A stretch of DNA of 64,000 bases from Eledone cirrhosa (GCA_964016885.1 OZ024742.1:13144001-13208000); one strand, 5' to 3'. Shown: positions 46,601 through 59,792, counted from the stretch's first letter. The notes: generated by a model from the sequence alone, not told the origin. Program-made: numbers and translations.

Positions 46601-49600
46601 TTGTTGGTTCTCGTTGTTGTTGTTGGTTGTTGTTGTTGGTTGTTGCTGGTTGGTTGGTTGTTGTTCTTATTGGTTGTTGGTGGTTGTCGTTGTTGGTTGT
46701 TGTTGTGGTTTGTTGTTGTTGTTGGTTGTTGTTGGTTGTTGCTGTTGTTGGTAGGTTGTTTTTGGTTGTTGTTGGTTGTCTTTGGTTTTTGTTGTTGGTT
46801 GTTGTTGGTTGTTGTTGGTGGTTGTTTTTGGTTGGGTGTTGTTGTTGTTGGTTGTTGTTGTTGTTGGTTGTTGCTGTTGTTGGTTGTTGTTGTTGATGTT
46901 GGTTGTTGTTGTTGGTTGTTGTTGTTGGTTGTTGTTGATGTTGGTTGTTGTTGTTGGTTGTTGTTCTGGTTGGTTGTTGTTGTTGGTTGTTGTTGTTGTT
47001 GGTTGTTGCTGTTGTTGGTTGTTGTTGTTGTTGTTGATGTTGGTTGTTGTTGTTGGTTGTTGTTGTTGTTGGTTGTTGTTGTTGGTTGTTGTTGTTGTTG
47101 GTTGTTGCTGTTGTTTGTTATTGTTGGTTGTTGTTGCTTGTTGTTGCTTATTGTTGCTTGTTGTTGGTTGTTGTTGGTTGTTGTTGTTGGTTGTTGTTGT
47201 TGGTTGTTGTTGGTTATTGTTGTTGTTGTTGGTGGTTTTTGTTTGTTATAGTTGTTGTTGTTGTTGTTGTTGGTTGTTGTTGTTGTTGGTTGTTGCTGTT
47301 GTTTGTTATTGTTGGTTGTTGTTGGTTGTTGTTTTGGTTGTTGTTGGTTGTTGTTGGTTGTTGTTGTTGGTTGTTGTTGATGTTGGTTGTTGTTGTTGGT
47401 TGTTGTTCTGGTTGGTTGTTGTTGTTGGTTGTTGTTGTTGTTGTTGGTTGTTGCTGTTGTTGGTTGTTGTTGTTGATGTTGGTTGTTGTTGTTGGTTGTT
47501 GTTGTTGGTGGTTGTTGTTGTTGGTTGTTGTTGTTGTTGTTGTTGCTGTTGATTGTTATTGTTGGTTGTTGTTGGTTGTTGTTGTGGTTGTTGTTGTAGG
47601 TTGTTGGTGTTGGTTGTTTTTGGTTGTTGTTGTGGTTGTTGGTAGGTTGTTGGTTGTTGTTGGTTGTTGTTGGTTGTTGTTGGTTGTTGTTGGTTATTGC
47701 TGTTGTTGTTGTTGTTGTTGGTTGTTGTTGGTTGTTGTTGTTGTTGGTTGTTATTGGTTGTTGTTGTGGTTGTTGTTGTTGGTTGCTGGTGTTGGTTGTT
47801 GTTGTACGTTGTTGTTGTTGGTTGTTGTTGGTTGTTATTGTTGTTGCTGGTTATTATTGTGGTTATTGCTTGTTGTTGTTGTTGACTGTTGGTTGTTGTT
47901 GGTTGTTGTTGGTTATTGCTGTTGTTGTTGTTGTTGTTGTTGGTTGTTGTTGGTTGTTGTTGTTGTTGGTTGTTATTGGTTGTTGTTGTGGTTGTTGTTG
48001 TTGGTTGCTGGTGTTGGTTGTTGTTGTACGTTGTTGTTGTTGGTTGTTGTTGGTTGTTATTGTTGTTGTTGGTTATTATTGTGGTTATTGCTTCTTGTTG
48101 TTGTTGACTGTTGTTGTTGTTGGTTGTTGTTGTTTTTGGTGGTCGTTGTTGTTGTTGATTGTTGTTGTTTGTTGTTGCATGTTGTTGTGGTTGTTGGTAG
48201 GTTGTTGTTGGTTGTTGTTGGTTGTAGTTGGTTGTTGTTGGTTTTTGTTAGTTGTTGTTGTTGGTTGTTGTTGGTTGTTGTTCTTATTGTTGTGTTGTTT
48301 GTGTTGTTGTTTTTGGTTGTTGGTGTTGGTTGTTGTTGTTGGTTGTTTTTGTGGTTGTTGTTTGTAGGTTATTGTTGGGTGTTGTTGGTTCTTGTTGGTT
48401 GTTGTTGGTTGTTGTTGGTTGTTGTTGGTTGTTGTTGTTGGTTGTTGGTGGTTGTTGTTGGTGGTGGGTGTTGTTGTTGTTTTTGTTGGTTGTTGTTGTT
48501 GGTTGTTGTTGGTTGGTCGTTGTTGTTGTTTTTGTTGGTGGTGGTGGTCGTTGTTGGTTGTTGATGGTTGTTGTTGGTAGGTTGTTGTTGGATGTTGTTG
48601 GTTCTTGTTGGTTGTTGCTATTGGTTGTTGTTGGTGGTTGTTGTTGGTTGATGTTGTTGGTTGTTGTTGGTGGTTGTTGTTGTGGTTGTTGTTGGTTGTT
48701 GTTGGTTCTTGTTGGTTCTTGTTGTTATTTTTGGTTGTTGTTGTTGGTTGTTGATGGTTGTTGTTGTTGTTGTTGGTTGTTGTTGTTCGTTGTTGTTGGG
48801 GGTGGTTGGTTGTTGTTGTTGTTGATTGTTGTTGGTGTTGTTGTTGGTTGTTTGTTGTTGTTGGTTGTTGTTGTTGTTGGGTGTTGTTGCTTGTTGTTGC
48901 TTGTTGGTGTGGTTGTTGTCGGTAGGTTGTTGTTGGTTGTTGTTTGCTGTTGTGTTGGTTGTTGTTGTAGGTTGTTGTAGGTTGTTGTTGTTGTTTGTTG
49001 TTGTTGGTTGTTGTTGGTTGTTGTTGTGGTTGTTTTTGTTGGTTGTTGGTGTTGGTTGTTTTTTGGTTGTTGTTGTGGTTGCTGTTGGTGGTTTGGGGTT
49101 CTTGTTGGTTCATGTTATTGTTGTTAGTTGTTGTTGGTTGGTTGTTGTTGTTTTTGTTGGTGGTTGTTGGTTGTTGTTGTTGGTTGTTGTTGTTGATTGT
49201 TGTTGTGGTTCTTTATGGTAGGTTGTTGTTGGTTGTTGTTGGTTGTTGTTGTTGGTTGTTGTTATTGGTTGTTGGTTGTTCTTGCTTGTTGTTGCTTGTT
49301 GTTGCTTGTTGTTGGTTGTTGTTGTGGTTGTTGTTAGTTGTTGTTGGTTGTTGTTGTTGGTTGTTGTTGTTGTTGTTGTTGGTTGTTGTTGTTGTTGGTT
49401 GTTGTTGTTGGTGGTGGTTGTTGTTGTTGTTGTTGGTTGTTGTTGTTGTTGGTTGTTGTTGTTGTTGGTGGTTGTTGTTGTTGTAGGTGTTGTTGTTGGT
49501 TGTTGTTGTTGGTTGTCGTTTGTTGTTGTTGTGGTTGTTGTTGTAGGTTGTTGGTGTTGGTTGTTTTTGGTTGTTGTTGTGGTTGTTTTGGTTGTTTTTG

Positions 49601-52600
49601 GTTCTTGTTGTTGGTTGTTGTTGTTGTTGGTTGTTGTTGTTGGTTGTTGTTGGTTGTTGTTGTTGGTTATTGTTGGTTGTTGTTGTTGGTTGTTGTTGTT
49701 GGATGTTGGTGTTGGTTGTTGTTTGTTGTTGTGGTTGTTGTTGGTTGTTTTTGGTTCTTGTTGGTTGTTGTTGTTGTTGTTGGTTGTTGTTGTTGTTGTT
49801 GGTTGTTCTTGTTGGTTGTTGCTGGTTGGTTGGTTGTTGCTGGTTGGTTGGTTGTTGTTCTTATTGGTTGTTGGTGGTTGTCGTTGTTGGTTGTTGTTGT
49901 GGTTTGTTGTTGTTGTTGTTGGTTGTTGTTGGTTGTTGCTGTTGTTGGTAGGTTGTTCTTGGTTGTTGTTGCTTGTCTTTGGTTTTTGTTGTTGGTTGTT
50001 TTTGTTGTTGTTTGTTGTTGGTTGTTGTTGGTGGTTGTTTTTGGTTGGGTGTTGTTGTTGTTGGGTGTTGTTGCTTGTTGTTGTGGTTGTTGTTGGTAGG
50101 TTGTTGTTGGTTGTCGTTTGTTGTTGTTGGTTGTTGTTGGTTGTTGTTGTTGGTTGTTGTTATTGGTTGTTGGTGGTTGTCGTTGTTGGCTGTTGTTGTT
50201 GTTAGTTGTTGTTATTGGTTGTTGTTGGTTGTTGCTGTTGTTGGTAAGTTGTTGTTGGTTGTTGTTGTTGGTTGTTGTTATTGGTTGTTGTTGTTGGTTG
50301 TTGTTGCTTGTTGTTGCTTATTGTTGCTTGTTGTTGGTTGTTGTTGGATCTTGTTGTTGGTTGTTGTTGGTTATTGTTGTTGTTGTTGGTGGTTTTTGTT
50401 TGTTATAGTTGTTGTTGTTGTTGTTGTTGGTTGTTGTTGTTTTTGTTGGTGGTTGTTGGTTGTTGTTGTTGATTGTTGTTGTTGGTTGTTGTTGTTTGTT
50501 GTTGTTGTTGGTTGTTGTTGGTTGTTGCTGTTGTTGGTAGCTTGTTGTTGGTAGCTTGTTGTTGGTTGTTGGTTGTTGGTTGTTGCTGTTGGTTGTTGTT
50601 GTTGGTTGTTGTTGTTGGTTGTTGTTTGTTATTGTTCGTTGTTGTGAGTTGTTGTTGGTTGTTGTTGGTTGTTGTTGTTATTGTTGGTTGTTGTTGTTTG
50701 TTGTTGTTGTTGTTGGTTGTTGTTGTTGGTTGTATTTACTGGTTGTTTTGGTTGTTGTTGTTTGTTATTGGTTGTTGTTGGTTGTTTTTGTTGTTGGTTG
50801 TTGTTGGTTGTTGTTGTTGGTTGTTTTTGGTTGGTTGTTGGTGTTGTTGTTGGTTGTTGTTGTTGCTTGTTGTTGGATTGTTGTGGTTGTTGTTGTTGGT
50901 TGTTATTGGTTGTTGTTGGTTGGTTGGTTGTTGTTGTTATTGGTTGTTGGTGGTTGTCGTTGTTGGTTGTTGTTGTTTGTTGTTGTTGTTGGTTGTTGCT
51001 GTTGTTGGTAGTTTGTTGTTGGTTGTTGTTGGTTGTTGTTGTTGGTTGTTGTTGTTGGTTGTTTTTTGTTGTTGTTCGTTGTTGTGAGTTGGTGTTGGTT
51101 GTTGTTGTTGTTGTTGGTTTTTGTTGGTTGTTGTTGGTTGTTGTGTGGTTGTTGTTGGTTGTTGTTGGTTGTTGTTGTTGGTTGTTGTTGTTGATGTTGT
51201 TGTTGGTTGTTGTTGGTTGTTGTTGTTGTTGGTGGTTGTTGTTGTTGTAGGTGTTGTTGTTGGTTGTTGTTGTTGTTGGTTGTTGCTGTTGTTTGTTATT
51301 GTTGGTTGTTGTTGGTTGTTGATGTGGTTGTTGTTGTAGGTTGTTGGTGTTGGTTGTTTTTGGTTGTTGTGCTTGTTGTTGGTTGTTTTGGGTTCTTATT
51401 GTTTCTTGTTGTTGTTGTTGGTTGTTGTTGTTGTTGGTTGTTGTTGCTTGTTGTTGTTGGTTGTTGTTGTTGTTGGTTGTTGTTGTTGGTTGTTGTTGGT
51501 TGTTGTTGTTGGTTGTTGTTGTTGGATGTTGGTGTTGGTTGTTTTTGTTGGTGGCTGTTGGTTGTGTTTGTTGGTTGTTGTTGTTGGTTCTCGTTGTTGT
51601 TGTTGGTTGTTGTTGTTGTTGGTTGTTGTTGTTCGTTGTTGCTGGTTGGTTGGTTGTTGTTGTTATTTATTGTTGGTGTTTGTCGTGGTTGGTTGTTGTT
51701 GTTGTTTGTTGTTGTTGTTGGTTGTTGTTGGTTGTTGCTGTTGTTGGTAGGTTGTTTTTGGTTGTTTTTGGTTGTCATTGGTTTTTGTTGTTGGTTGTTC
51801 TTGTTGTTGGTTGTTGTTGGTTGTTGTTGTTGGTTGTTTTTGGTTGGTTGTTGTTGTTGGGTGTTGTTGCTTGTTTATGTTTGTTGTTGGTAGGTTGTTG
51901 TTGGTTGTCGTTTGTTGTTGTTGGTTGTTGTTGGTTGTTGTGTTGGTTGTTGTTGTTTGTTGTTGTGGTTGTTGTTGGTTGTTTTTGGTTCTTGTTGGTT
52001 CTTGTTGTTGTTGTTGGTTGTTGTTGGTTGTTGTTTCTTGTTGTTGTTGGTTGTTGTTGTTGGTTGTTGTTGTTGTTGGTTGTTGTTGTCGGTTGTTGTT
52101 GGTTGTTGTGTTGGTTGTTGTTCTTGGTTGTTGGTTGGTTGGTTGTGGATGTTGTTGTTGGTTGTTGTTGTTGGTTGTTGTTGGTTGTTGTTGTGGTAGT
52201 TGTTGTTGGTTGTTGGTGTTGGTTGTTTTTGGTTGTTGTTGTGGTTGTTGTTGGTGGTTTTTGGTTCTTGTTGGTTCATGTTGTTGTTGTTGGTTGTTGT
52301 TGTTGTTGGTTGTTGCTGTTAGTTGTTGTTGGTTGTTGTTGTTGGTTGTTGTTGTTGGTTGTTGTTGTTGTTTGTTGTTGGTTATTGTTGTTGTTGTTGG
52401 TGGTTTTTGTTTGTTATAGTTGTTGTTGTTGTTGCTGGTTGTTGTTGTTGGTTGTTGTTGTGGATTGTTGTTGGTTGTTGTTGTTGTTGGTTGTTGTTGG
52501 TTGTTGCTGGTTGTTGTTGGTTGTTGTTGGTGTTGGTTGTTGTTGTTGTTGTAGGTTGTTGTTTTCGGTGTTGTTGGGTGTTGTTTGTTGTTGTTGTTGT

Positions 52601-54786
52601 TGATTGTTGTTGTTGTTGTTGGTTGTTGTTGGTTGTAGTTCTTGGTTGTTGTTATTGGTTGTTGTTGTTGGTTGTTGTTGGTGGTGGTTGTTGTTGGTTG
52701 TTGTTGTTGTTGTTGGTTCCTTTTGGTTGGTTGTTGTTGTTGTTGGGTTTTGTTGCTTGTTGTTGCTTGTTGTTGGGGTTGTTCTTGGTTGTTGTTGTTG
52801 CTTGTTGTTGTTGGTTGTTGTTGTTGGTTGTTGTTGTTGTTGGTTGTTGTTGTCGGTTGTTGTTGGTTGTTGTGTTGGTTGTTGTTGTTGGTTGCTGGTT
52901 GGTTGTTGTTGTGGGTTGTTGCTGTGGGTTGTTGTTGGTTGTTGTTGTTGGTTGTTGTTGGTTGTTGTTGTGGTAGTTGTTGTTTGTTGTTGGTGTTGGT
53001 TGTTTTTGGTTGTTGTTTTGGTTGTTGTTGGTGGTTTTTGGTTCTTGTTTGTTCATGTTGTTGTTGTTGGTTGTTTTTGTTGTTGGTTGGTTGGTTCTGG
53101 TTGTTGTTGTTGTTTGTTGTTGTTGGTTGTTGTTGGTTGTTGTTGTGGTAGTTGTTGTTGGTTGTTGGTGTTGGTTGTTTTTGGTTGTTGTTGTGGTTGT
53201 TGTTGGTGGTTTTTGGTTCTTGTTGGTTGGTTGTTGTTGTTTTTGTTGGTGGTTGTTGGTTGTTGTTGTTGGTTGTTGTTGTTGGTTGTTGTTGTTTGTT
53301 GTTGTTGTTGGTTGTTTTTGGTTGTTGCTATTGTTGGTAGCTTGTTGTTGGTTGTTGTTGTTGGTTGTTGTTGTTGGTTGTTGCTGTTGGTTGTTGTTTG
53401 TTGTTGTTCGTTGTTGTGAGTTGGTGTTGGTTGTTGTTGTTGTTGGCTGTTGTTGGTTGTTGTTGGTTGTTGTTTGTTGTTGTTGGTTGTTGTTGTTATT
53501 GTTGGTTGTTGTTGTTGTTGTTGGTTGTTGGTTGTTGTTGGTTGTTGTTGGTTGTTGTTGGTTGTTCTTGTGATTGTTTTTGTTTGTTGTTGGTTGTTGT
53601 TGCTTGTTGTTGTTATTGTTGGTTGTTGTTGTTTGTTATTGTTGTTGTTGTTGGTTGTTGTTGTTGTTGGTTGTTTTTACTGGTTGTTTTGGTTGTTGTT
53701 GTTTGTTATTGTTTGTTGTTGGTTGTTTTTGTTGTTGGTTGTTGTTGGTTGTTGTTGTTGGTTGTTTTTGGTTGGTTGTTGGTGTTGTTGTTGGTTGTTG
53801 TTGTTGTTGTTGGGTGTTGTTGCTTGTTGTCGTTGTGGTTGTCTTTGTTGGTTGCTGTTGTTGTTTGTTTTTGTTGCTGGTTGTTGTTGGTTGTTGCTGT
53901 TGTTGGTAGGTTGTTGTTGGTTGTTGTCGGTTGTTGTTGGTTGTTTTTGTTGTTGCTTGTTTTTGGTTGGTTATTGTTATTCTTGTTGGGTGTTGTTGCT
54001 TGTTGTTACTTGTTGTTGTGGTTGTTGTTGGTAGGTTGTTGTTGGCTGTTGGTTGTTGTGTTGGTTGTTGTTGTGGGTTGTTGTTGGTTGTTGTTGTTGT
54101 TTGTTGTTGTTGGTTGTTGTTGGTTGTTGTTGTGGTTGTTGTTGGTTGTTTTTGGTTCTTGTTGGTTCTTGTTGTTGTTGTTGGTTGTTGTTGTTGTTGT
54201 TGGTTGTTGTTGCTTGTTGTTGTTGGTTGTTGTTGTTGTTGTTGTTGGTTGTTGTTGGTTTTTGTTGTTGGTTGTTGTTGTTGGTTGTTGGTTGGTTGGT
54301 TGTGGTTGTTTTATGTTGGTTGTTGGTCTGGGTTGTTTTTGGTTGTTGTTGTGGTTGTTTTTGGTTGTTTTTGGTTCTTGTTGGTTGTTGTTGTTGTTGT
54401 TGGTTGTCTTTGTTGTTGGTTGTTGTTGTTGGTTGTTGTTGTTGTTGGTTGTTTTGGGTTCTTGTTGGTTCTTGTTGTTTTTGTTGGTTGTTGTTGTTGT
54501 TGGTTGCTGCTGTTGTTGGATGTTGTTGGTTGGTTCGTTGTTGTTGTTATTGGTTGTTGCTTGTTGTCGTTGTTGGTTGTTGTTGTTTTTATTGTTGTTG
54601 TTGGTCGTTGTTGCTTCTTGTTTTTGGTTGTTGTTGTTGTTGGTTGTTGTTGTTGTTGGTCTTGTTGTTCGTTGTAGTTAGTTGTTGTTGGTGTCGTTTG
54701 TTGTTGTTGGTTGTTGTGTATTGTTATTGGTTGTTATTGGTTGTTGTCATTAGTTACGTGTTCTTGTTGGTGGTGGTTGTTGTTGG
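40676..54786. repeat. ~14-kb degenerate (GTT)n/(GTTG) satellite with a ~3.15-kb higher-order period
   Basis: Identical or near-identical spurious ORFs are offset by 3143-3152 bp (e.g. 41145/44288, 42050/45196, 42872/46018). Confidence 0.97.
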
Positions 54787-54946
54787 ATCTAAGAAAAGAA
54801 AACCTAAACAATATAGTTAGGAATGTCTTTTAGTCTTTGTTCTCTTTTGAAAAGACCATAATTAATAAGATTGTTGCATGAAAGCTGGGTACAATAGAAA
54901 TATTGAGATAAACTGAGACACACAAAGGACTGATACAGAGACACGC

Positions 54947-55080
<134 letters not shown>

Positions 55081-55188
55081 GTGTGTGTGTGTTTGTGTGC
55101 ATATATATATGTATACATATGTATAGGTGTATTTTTATGTATAGATATGTATATGTGTGTCTATGTATGTATGTATGTGTATACAATA

Positions 55189-55273
<85 letters not shown>

Positions 55274-55312
55274 TAGCGAGGTTTTTTTATATGAAATCGT
55301 GTGTCGAAACAG

Positions 55313-55774
55313 ATATTGTTATACTTGGGGAGGGTCATATTTGCGTAATATTGCCAGAATTAATAACAGCACACACTCATTGTTTGGTTGGTTTTCGCTT
55401 CTCGCTGTCTTTTATATCTGCGATCTAACTTACTCGGTCCTCAATGTTGCCATTGACTGACCGACGGTCAAAAATAATACAGATACAATATAGACACAAA
55501 CACATATATATAGTTTACATAATTTACATAAATCTTTCGTAGCACCTCTGCAACATCGTCAGTGGTGTTATATTTTTTCCTCCTGTTGTGTTGTATGTCT
55601 ACGCCATTTTTTTATTATTATTTTTGACCGTCGGTCAGTCAATGGCAACATTGAGGACCGAGTAAGTTAGATCGCAGATATAAAAGACAGCGAGAAGGGA
55701 AAACCAACCAAACAGTGAGTGTGTTCTGTTATTAATTCTGGCAATATTACACAAATATGACCCTCCCCAAGTAT

Positions 55775-55782
<8 letters not shown>
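55313..55782. repeat. ~167-bp inverted repeat (55313-55479 / 55616-55782) between (TA)n tracts; Penelope-like pLTR pair or MITE
   Basis: Arms are near-perfect reverse complements. The spacer holds a hammerhead-like core on the minus strand. Confidence 0.85.
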
Positions 55783-55806
<24 letters not shown>

Positions 55807-55895
55807 TAGTAATAATAATTAATTTGAAGACTAAAATCCAAAGAGCGCTCGATAAGGATAAATATATATAAAAAATATGAGAACCTTAGAGCAAG

Positions 55896-56401
55896 TATTT
55901 ATTAAAATAACAAATTAAAGTTTAAGCAAAGAATCGCTGCTTTTACCCTTAACTGGATCTCCTGAAACTAACAAAGTCAATCTGTACACGCAGAAGTGGA
56001 TATTTCAAAAAACGACATACGTGATTTTGTCTTTGCGTGCAATTGTTCTCCACGCTCCACATATGACGTATTATCTTCGTTTTTTCCGTTCATTGCCAGA
56101 GAACATCTCTATGAACCACCTAAGAGAACATTAGTCTACGACCTCTTTTATACCATAATCGTGGTTCTGTCTTTGCGTGTAATTGTTTTTCACCGCTCCT
56201 ATTAATGACGTATTATATTCGTTTTTTCCCGTTCTTTGCCAGGGAACGTTTCCACGAACCAATGTATCGTCTTCCTGTCTTCAACGTTTTTTTTAAATAT
56301 TCACTTCTGCGTTCACAGATTGATTTTGTTAGTTTCAGAAGATCCCGTTAAGGATGAAAGCAGCGATTCTTTGCTTAAACTTTAATCTGTTATTTTAATA
56401 A

Positions 56402-56405
<4 letters not shown>
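55896..56405. repeat. ~120-bp inverted repeat with an internal ~90-bp direct repeat
   Basis: 55896-56013 versus ~56285-56405. Direct repeat at 56029-56118 / 56169-56261. Each arm ends in AATAAA pointing outward. Confidence 0.82.
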
Positions 56406-56435
<30 letters not shown>

Positions 56436-56516
56436 TTGTATGTATATACAATATATATATTTACATTTATATACTGAGAAGTCTTGAGGTAAATCTATAG
56501 ATAGATAGATAGATAT

Positions 56517-59500
56517 GTTTCTTTATTAGCCACAGGGGCACAAAAGAAGGGGACAAATACAAAGGGGGAAGTTTACATACGATAAAAACGTGTAAAATGT
56601 TATCACAAATGCAATTTAAAAAGTTGGTCGATTTTCCCCAATAGGGAGAGACAGTTTATATGGGTAACACATACCCCCGAAAAAATGTGCAACCCTCATC
56701 TCCAGGAGTACGAAGAGTTTGTACTCCTTTCCTCTCCTCCTCCTTTCCTTCAACCTACAGGCTGATATAGAGAGAAGGTTCATTCACTCGGGCCATTCTC
56801 GCCACTTTCACCCACCTTTCATAAAACTTGCTGGGTGACAGCACCTCTCTCTCCATCCTGATTCTTCTTCCAAAGTGGTATTTGAAAAAAAGAATCAGTT
56901 GTTGGCCGGAGAGAAAGGTGTCTGACCTCAGCCCTTTCAACCTTGTCCACCATACAACCTCTTTCGCCATAGCTATCACACAAAGGAAAACCGCCTCTCT
57001 TTCGTTTTTGAAGGAGGGTGGCGGTTTGATCATGACAATGGACTCGGTGGTCAACCGGATTGGTCCCACCCGCGACAATTGTCGTTCTACATAGCCCCAC
57101 AGGTCAGTGACGCCCGGGCAGTGTATGAATGCGTGCGCGACGGTTTCTTCGTCTCGCACGCACCTCAGACAGATCTTTTTTGCAGGGTCCCTGCCCGGGC
57201 GCCCATGTCTGTAGAGCTTGTCTCGAACTGGTAGAGCTCCTCGGTAGCACTGCCAGTCCAGGGACTTTTGGAAGTTGTCCATCGGTCCCGGGCCAAACGT
57301 CCTACCGAACAGACTGGCCAGTTCATCTTCCTATACGCCTAGAGTTTCACCGAGCGCGTCGTCGCACTTGCTGCGGACCAACCCTCTAGAGAATGACGAA
57401 GTGGAGTCTCCACTGATCGCCGGGTCCGCCTGCCAGAGGGCTGTGAGCGCCTGAGCACATTCGATGTGCCAGTCGCCCATTTTCCTAGGTCTTTGCTTGA
57501 CCCAGGACTGCAGCTCGGTCAGCGAGACGAGTCGTGGGAAAGCTCGCCTCACGAACGGGGCCCACACCGGTTGTCCGGTGAGGAATACGTAGAGATGCCG
57601 CAGCCTGAGCGCGTGTTTGCGCATCGTCAACCACGGCATCCCCAGCCCTCCGTTAGAAGGGTGTTGGCAGCAGATGGATCACCAAAGGAGCCCGCCTCTT
57701 CCAAAGGAATCGGAAGAGCGCGCGCTCCATTTTGGCGAGCGTTTTGGCTGGACAAGGCACGACGGTCAAGCGGTAGTAGATGGCGGACGCTATAAAAGTG
57801 TTCGCCACCTCCGCTCGACCTTTCAAGGATAGTTTGCACTCGGCCCACTTCTGGGGGAGTGTAAACACCTTGGCCGTCACTTCGTTCCAGTTCTTCTCCA
57901 CCTGGAGGTCCGGAACAAACCAGACCCCGAGCAGCTTTACCGATCCTTCCGTCCAGCGTCCGACGACGCCATCGGAAGGCATCGGTTTGCCTCTCCACGA
58001 TCTGAGTTGCAAACCGATGGACTTGTCCCGGTTCAGCTTCGCTCCTGTGAAACTTTCGTATTCCTTCAGTAAGGTGCCGACTTCCTCGATTTGCGAGGCG
58101 CTCGACACCATTACTGTCACGTCGTCGGCGTAGGCCGACGCCGCTTTCCGCAGTCCCGGTTCCAGAGGGATGCCCTGCAATAGCTCCAACTTCCGCAGCA
58201 GTGGCTCGAGAGTCAGTACGTACAGAAGGGATCGCGTGATATAGATCGCGTGATATGTCGAATGGATCGCGTGATATGGAACGGCTCCGAGAGGTAGCCG
58301 TTCACCTTGACCCTTGAGCAGATGTTGTTGTTGTGCATTGCAGCAATCCAGCCCTTGAACATGTGTCCGAAGCCTGCCGCCTCGAGCACCGCATCCAGGT
58401 AACGATGGTCAACCCTATCGAACGCCTTAGACTGATCCAAGTTGATCAGGGCCCCACCGAAGCCGGGTTTACACCCTACCATCTCTATGATGTATCGCAT
58501 GAGGTGGAGGTTGTCGTGTATGGACCTGGTCGGGATTGCGCATGTCTGTGCTTCTCCCACCAGGTTCTCGGCGACAAGCGCCAGCCTCTTTGCCAACACC
58601 TTGGCCAAAATCTGTAACTCAGTGTTTAGCAGAGTTATGGGCCGGAAGTTGCCTATATCATCCCCCTTATTCTTGTCCTTCCTGACTAGTGTGACTACGC
58701 CCCGGTCACAGAACTGGGAATTCTCCCGTTCTGTTGCCAGTTGCAGTAGACCGCTTCGAGGAGACCGGAGAATAAGTCCGGCATTGCTACGTAAAATTCG
58801 TAGGGTAGACCGTCGAGACCTGGAGATTTGTGTTTGCCGCATTGGCTCAACGCGTCTCCTATCTCACCAGCTGAAATCGGCTTTTCGCATAATTTCGCCT
58901 CGCTGTCCGAGAGACGCGGTAGGCCGTCGAGGTATGGACCGAAATCCATAGCCCCTCCCGGCGCACCGCCCTGCCCGAACAGTTGAGCAAAATGCCGCTG
59001 AAAGGCCGCACACATCTGCTTCGGCTCACGTATCACGCGTCCGTTTTGGTCCTTCAAAGACCGAATCGTGGACTTGTTGCCACTTTTGCCTCCGTCACTC
59101 GGGCCCAGCTAACAGCTTTGGCTCCTTCGTTTCCCAGAGCACGTATTTTGCTTCTGACAACGCAGCCCTCATGCTTTGCGTCGAAGAACTGGTCCAAGGC
59201 CGTTCTCGTTGCTAGCACGCTGGCTACGTTGCCACTTCTAATTGCCTCTTCTACTTTATCTACCACTTCTTTCTCGGTTCTATTTCTATCTAACGCTAAT
59301 TCTTTACTAAAAACTAACGAGTCTAAAATAACTGCCCTCTTGAGAGAGTAGCACCATCTGTTGTTGACAATGGCCCCTGTCAAGTGCTGTTTAACTAAAG
59401 TGCTAATCCGTCTACTGTAGGCTTTGCATGTCGGTAACGACAAGTTCAGCGTCCAGTAGCCGGGTCCTTGTCTATGGGTTCTATCAAGGTTGACCATGCA

Positions 59501-59544
59501 GGTCACTAGTTTGTGATCTGAATAGGCAACCATGAACATTTGTG

Positions 59545-59546
<2 letters not shown>
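56517..59546 (-). mobile_element. Tx1/L1-like LINE, second subfamily, 5'-truncated, between (GATA)n tracts
   Basis: SDH, GPGYWTLN, KSPGLDGLP, NFRPITLLN, DQSKAFDRVDH, AYADDVT, KLLGVWF, CLRC..ETVAHAFIHCP. 3' end TGTGGCTAATAAAGAAAC. (GATA)n at ~56498-56515 and ~59545-59616. Confidence 0.92.
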
Positions 59547-59616
<70 letters not shown>

Positions 59617-59617
<1 letters not shown>

Positions 59618-59792
59618 TGAATGACCATGGGTTTTTCCACCTAGACAGTTTTCCCCCACGCCGAGTCATAAATCTGGACAAGGTGTATTTGTGGAAGACC
59701 AGTAATCTCCCATATATACCAGTCCCTCATCTCCACGCCACCGATATTGTCCAGTGGAAAGGCAATGGCCAATACAGCTTGGCGCCTGTGAC
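59617..59792. mobile_element. Probable SINE fragment; ~50 bp of it is repeated at 60143-60190
   Basis: GATATTGTCCAGTGGAAAG..ATACAGCTTGGCGCC occurs twice. The SINE identity is from recollection only. Confidence 0.4.

Noticed and set aside
40657-54820. Dozens of V/L/C/W-rich and N/Q/T-rich ORFs
   Set aside because: They are translations of the (GTT)n satellite, open in several frames at once, with no domain content.
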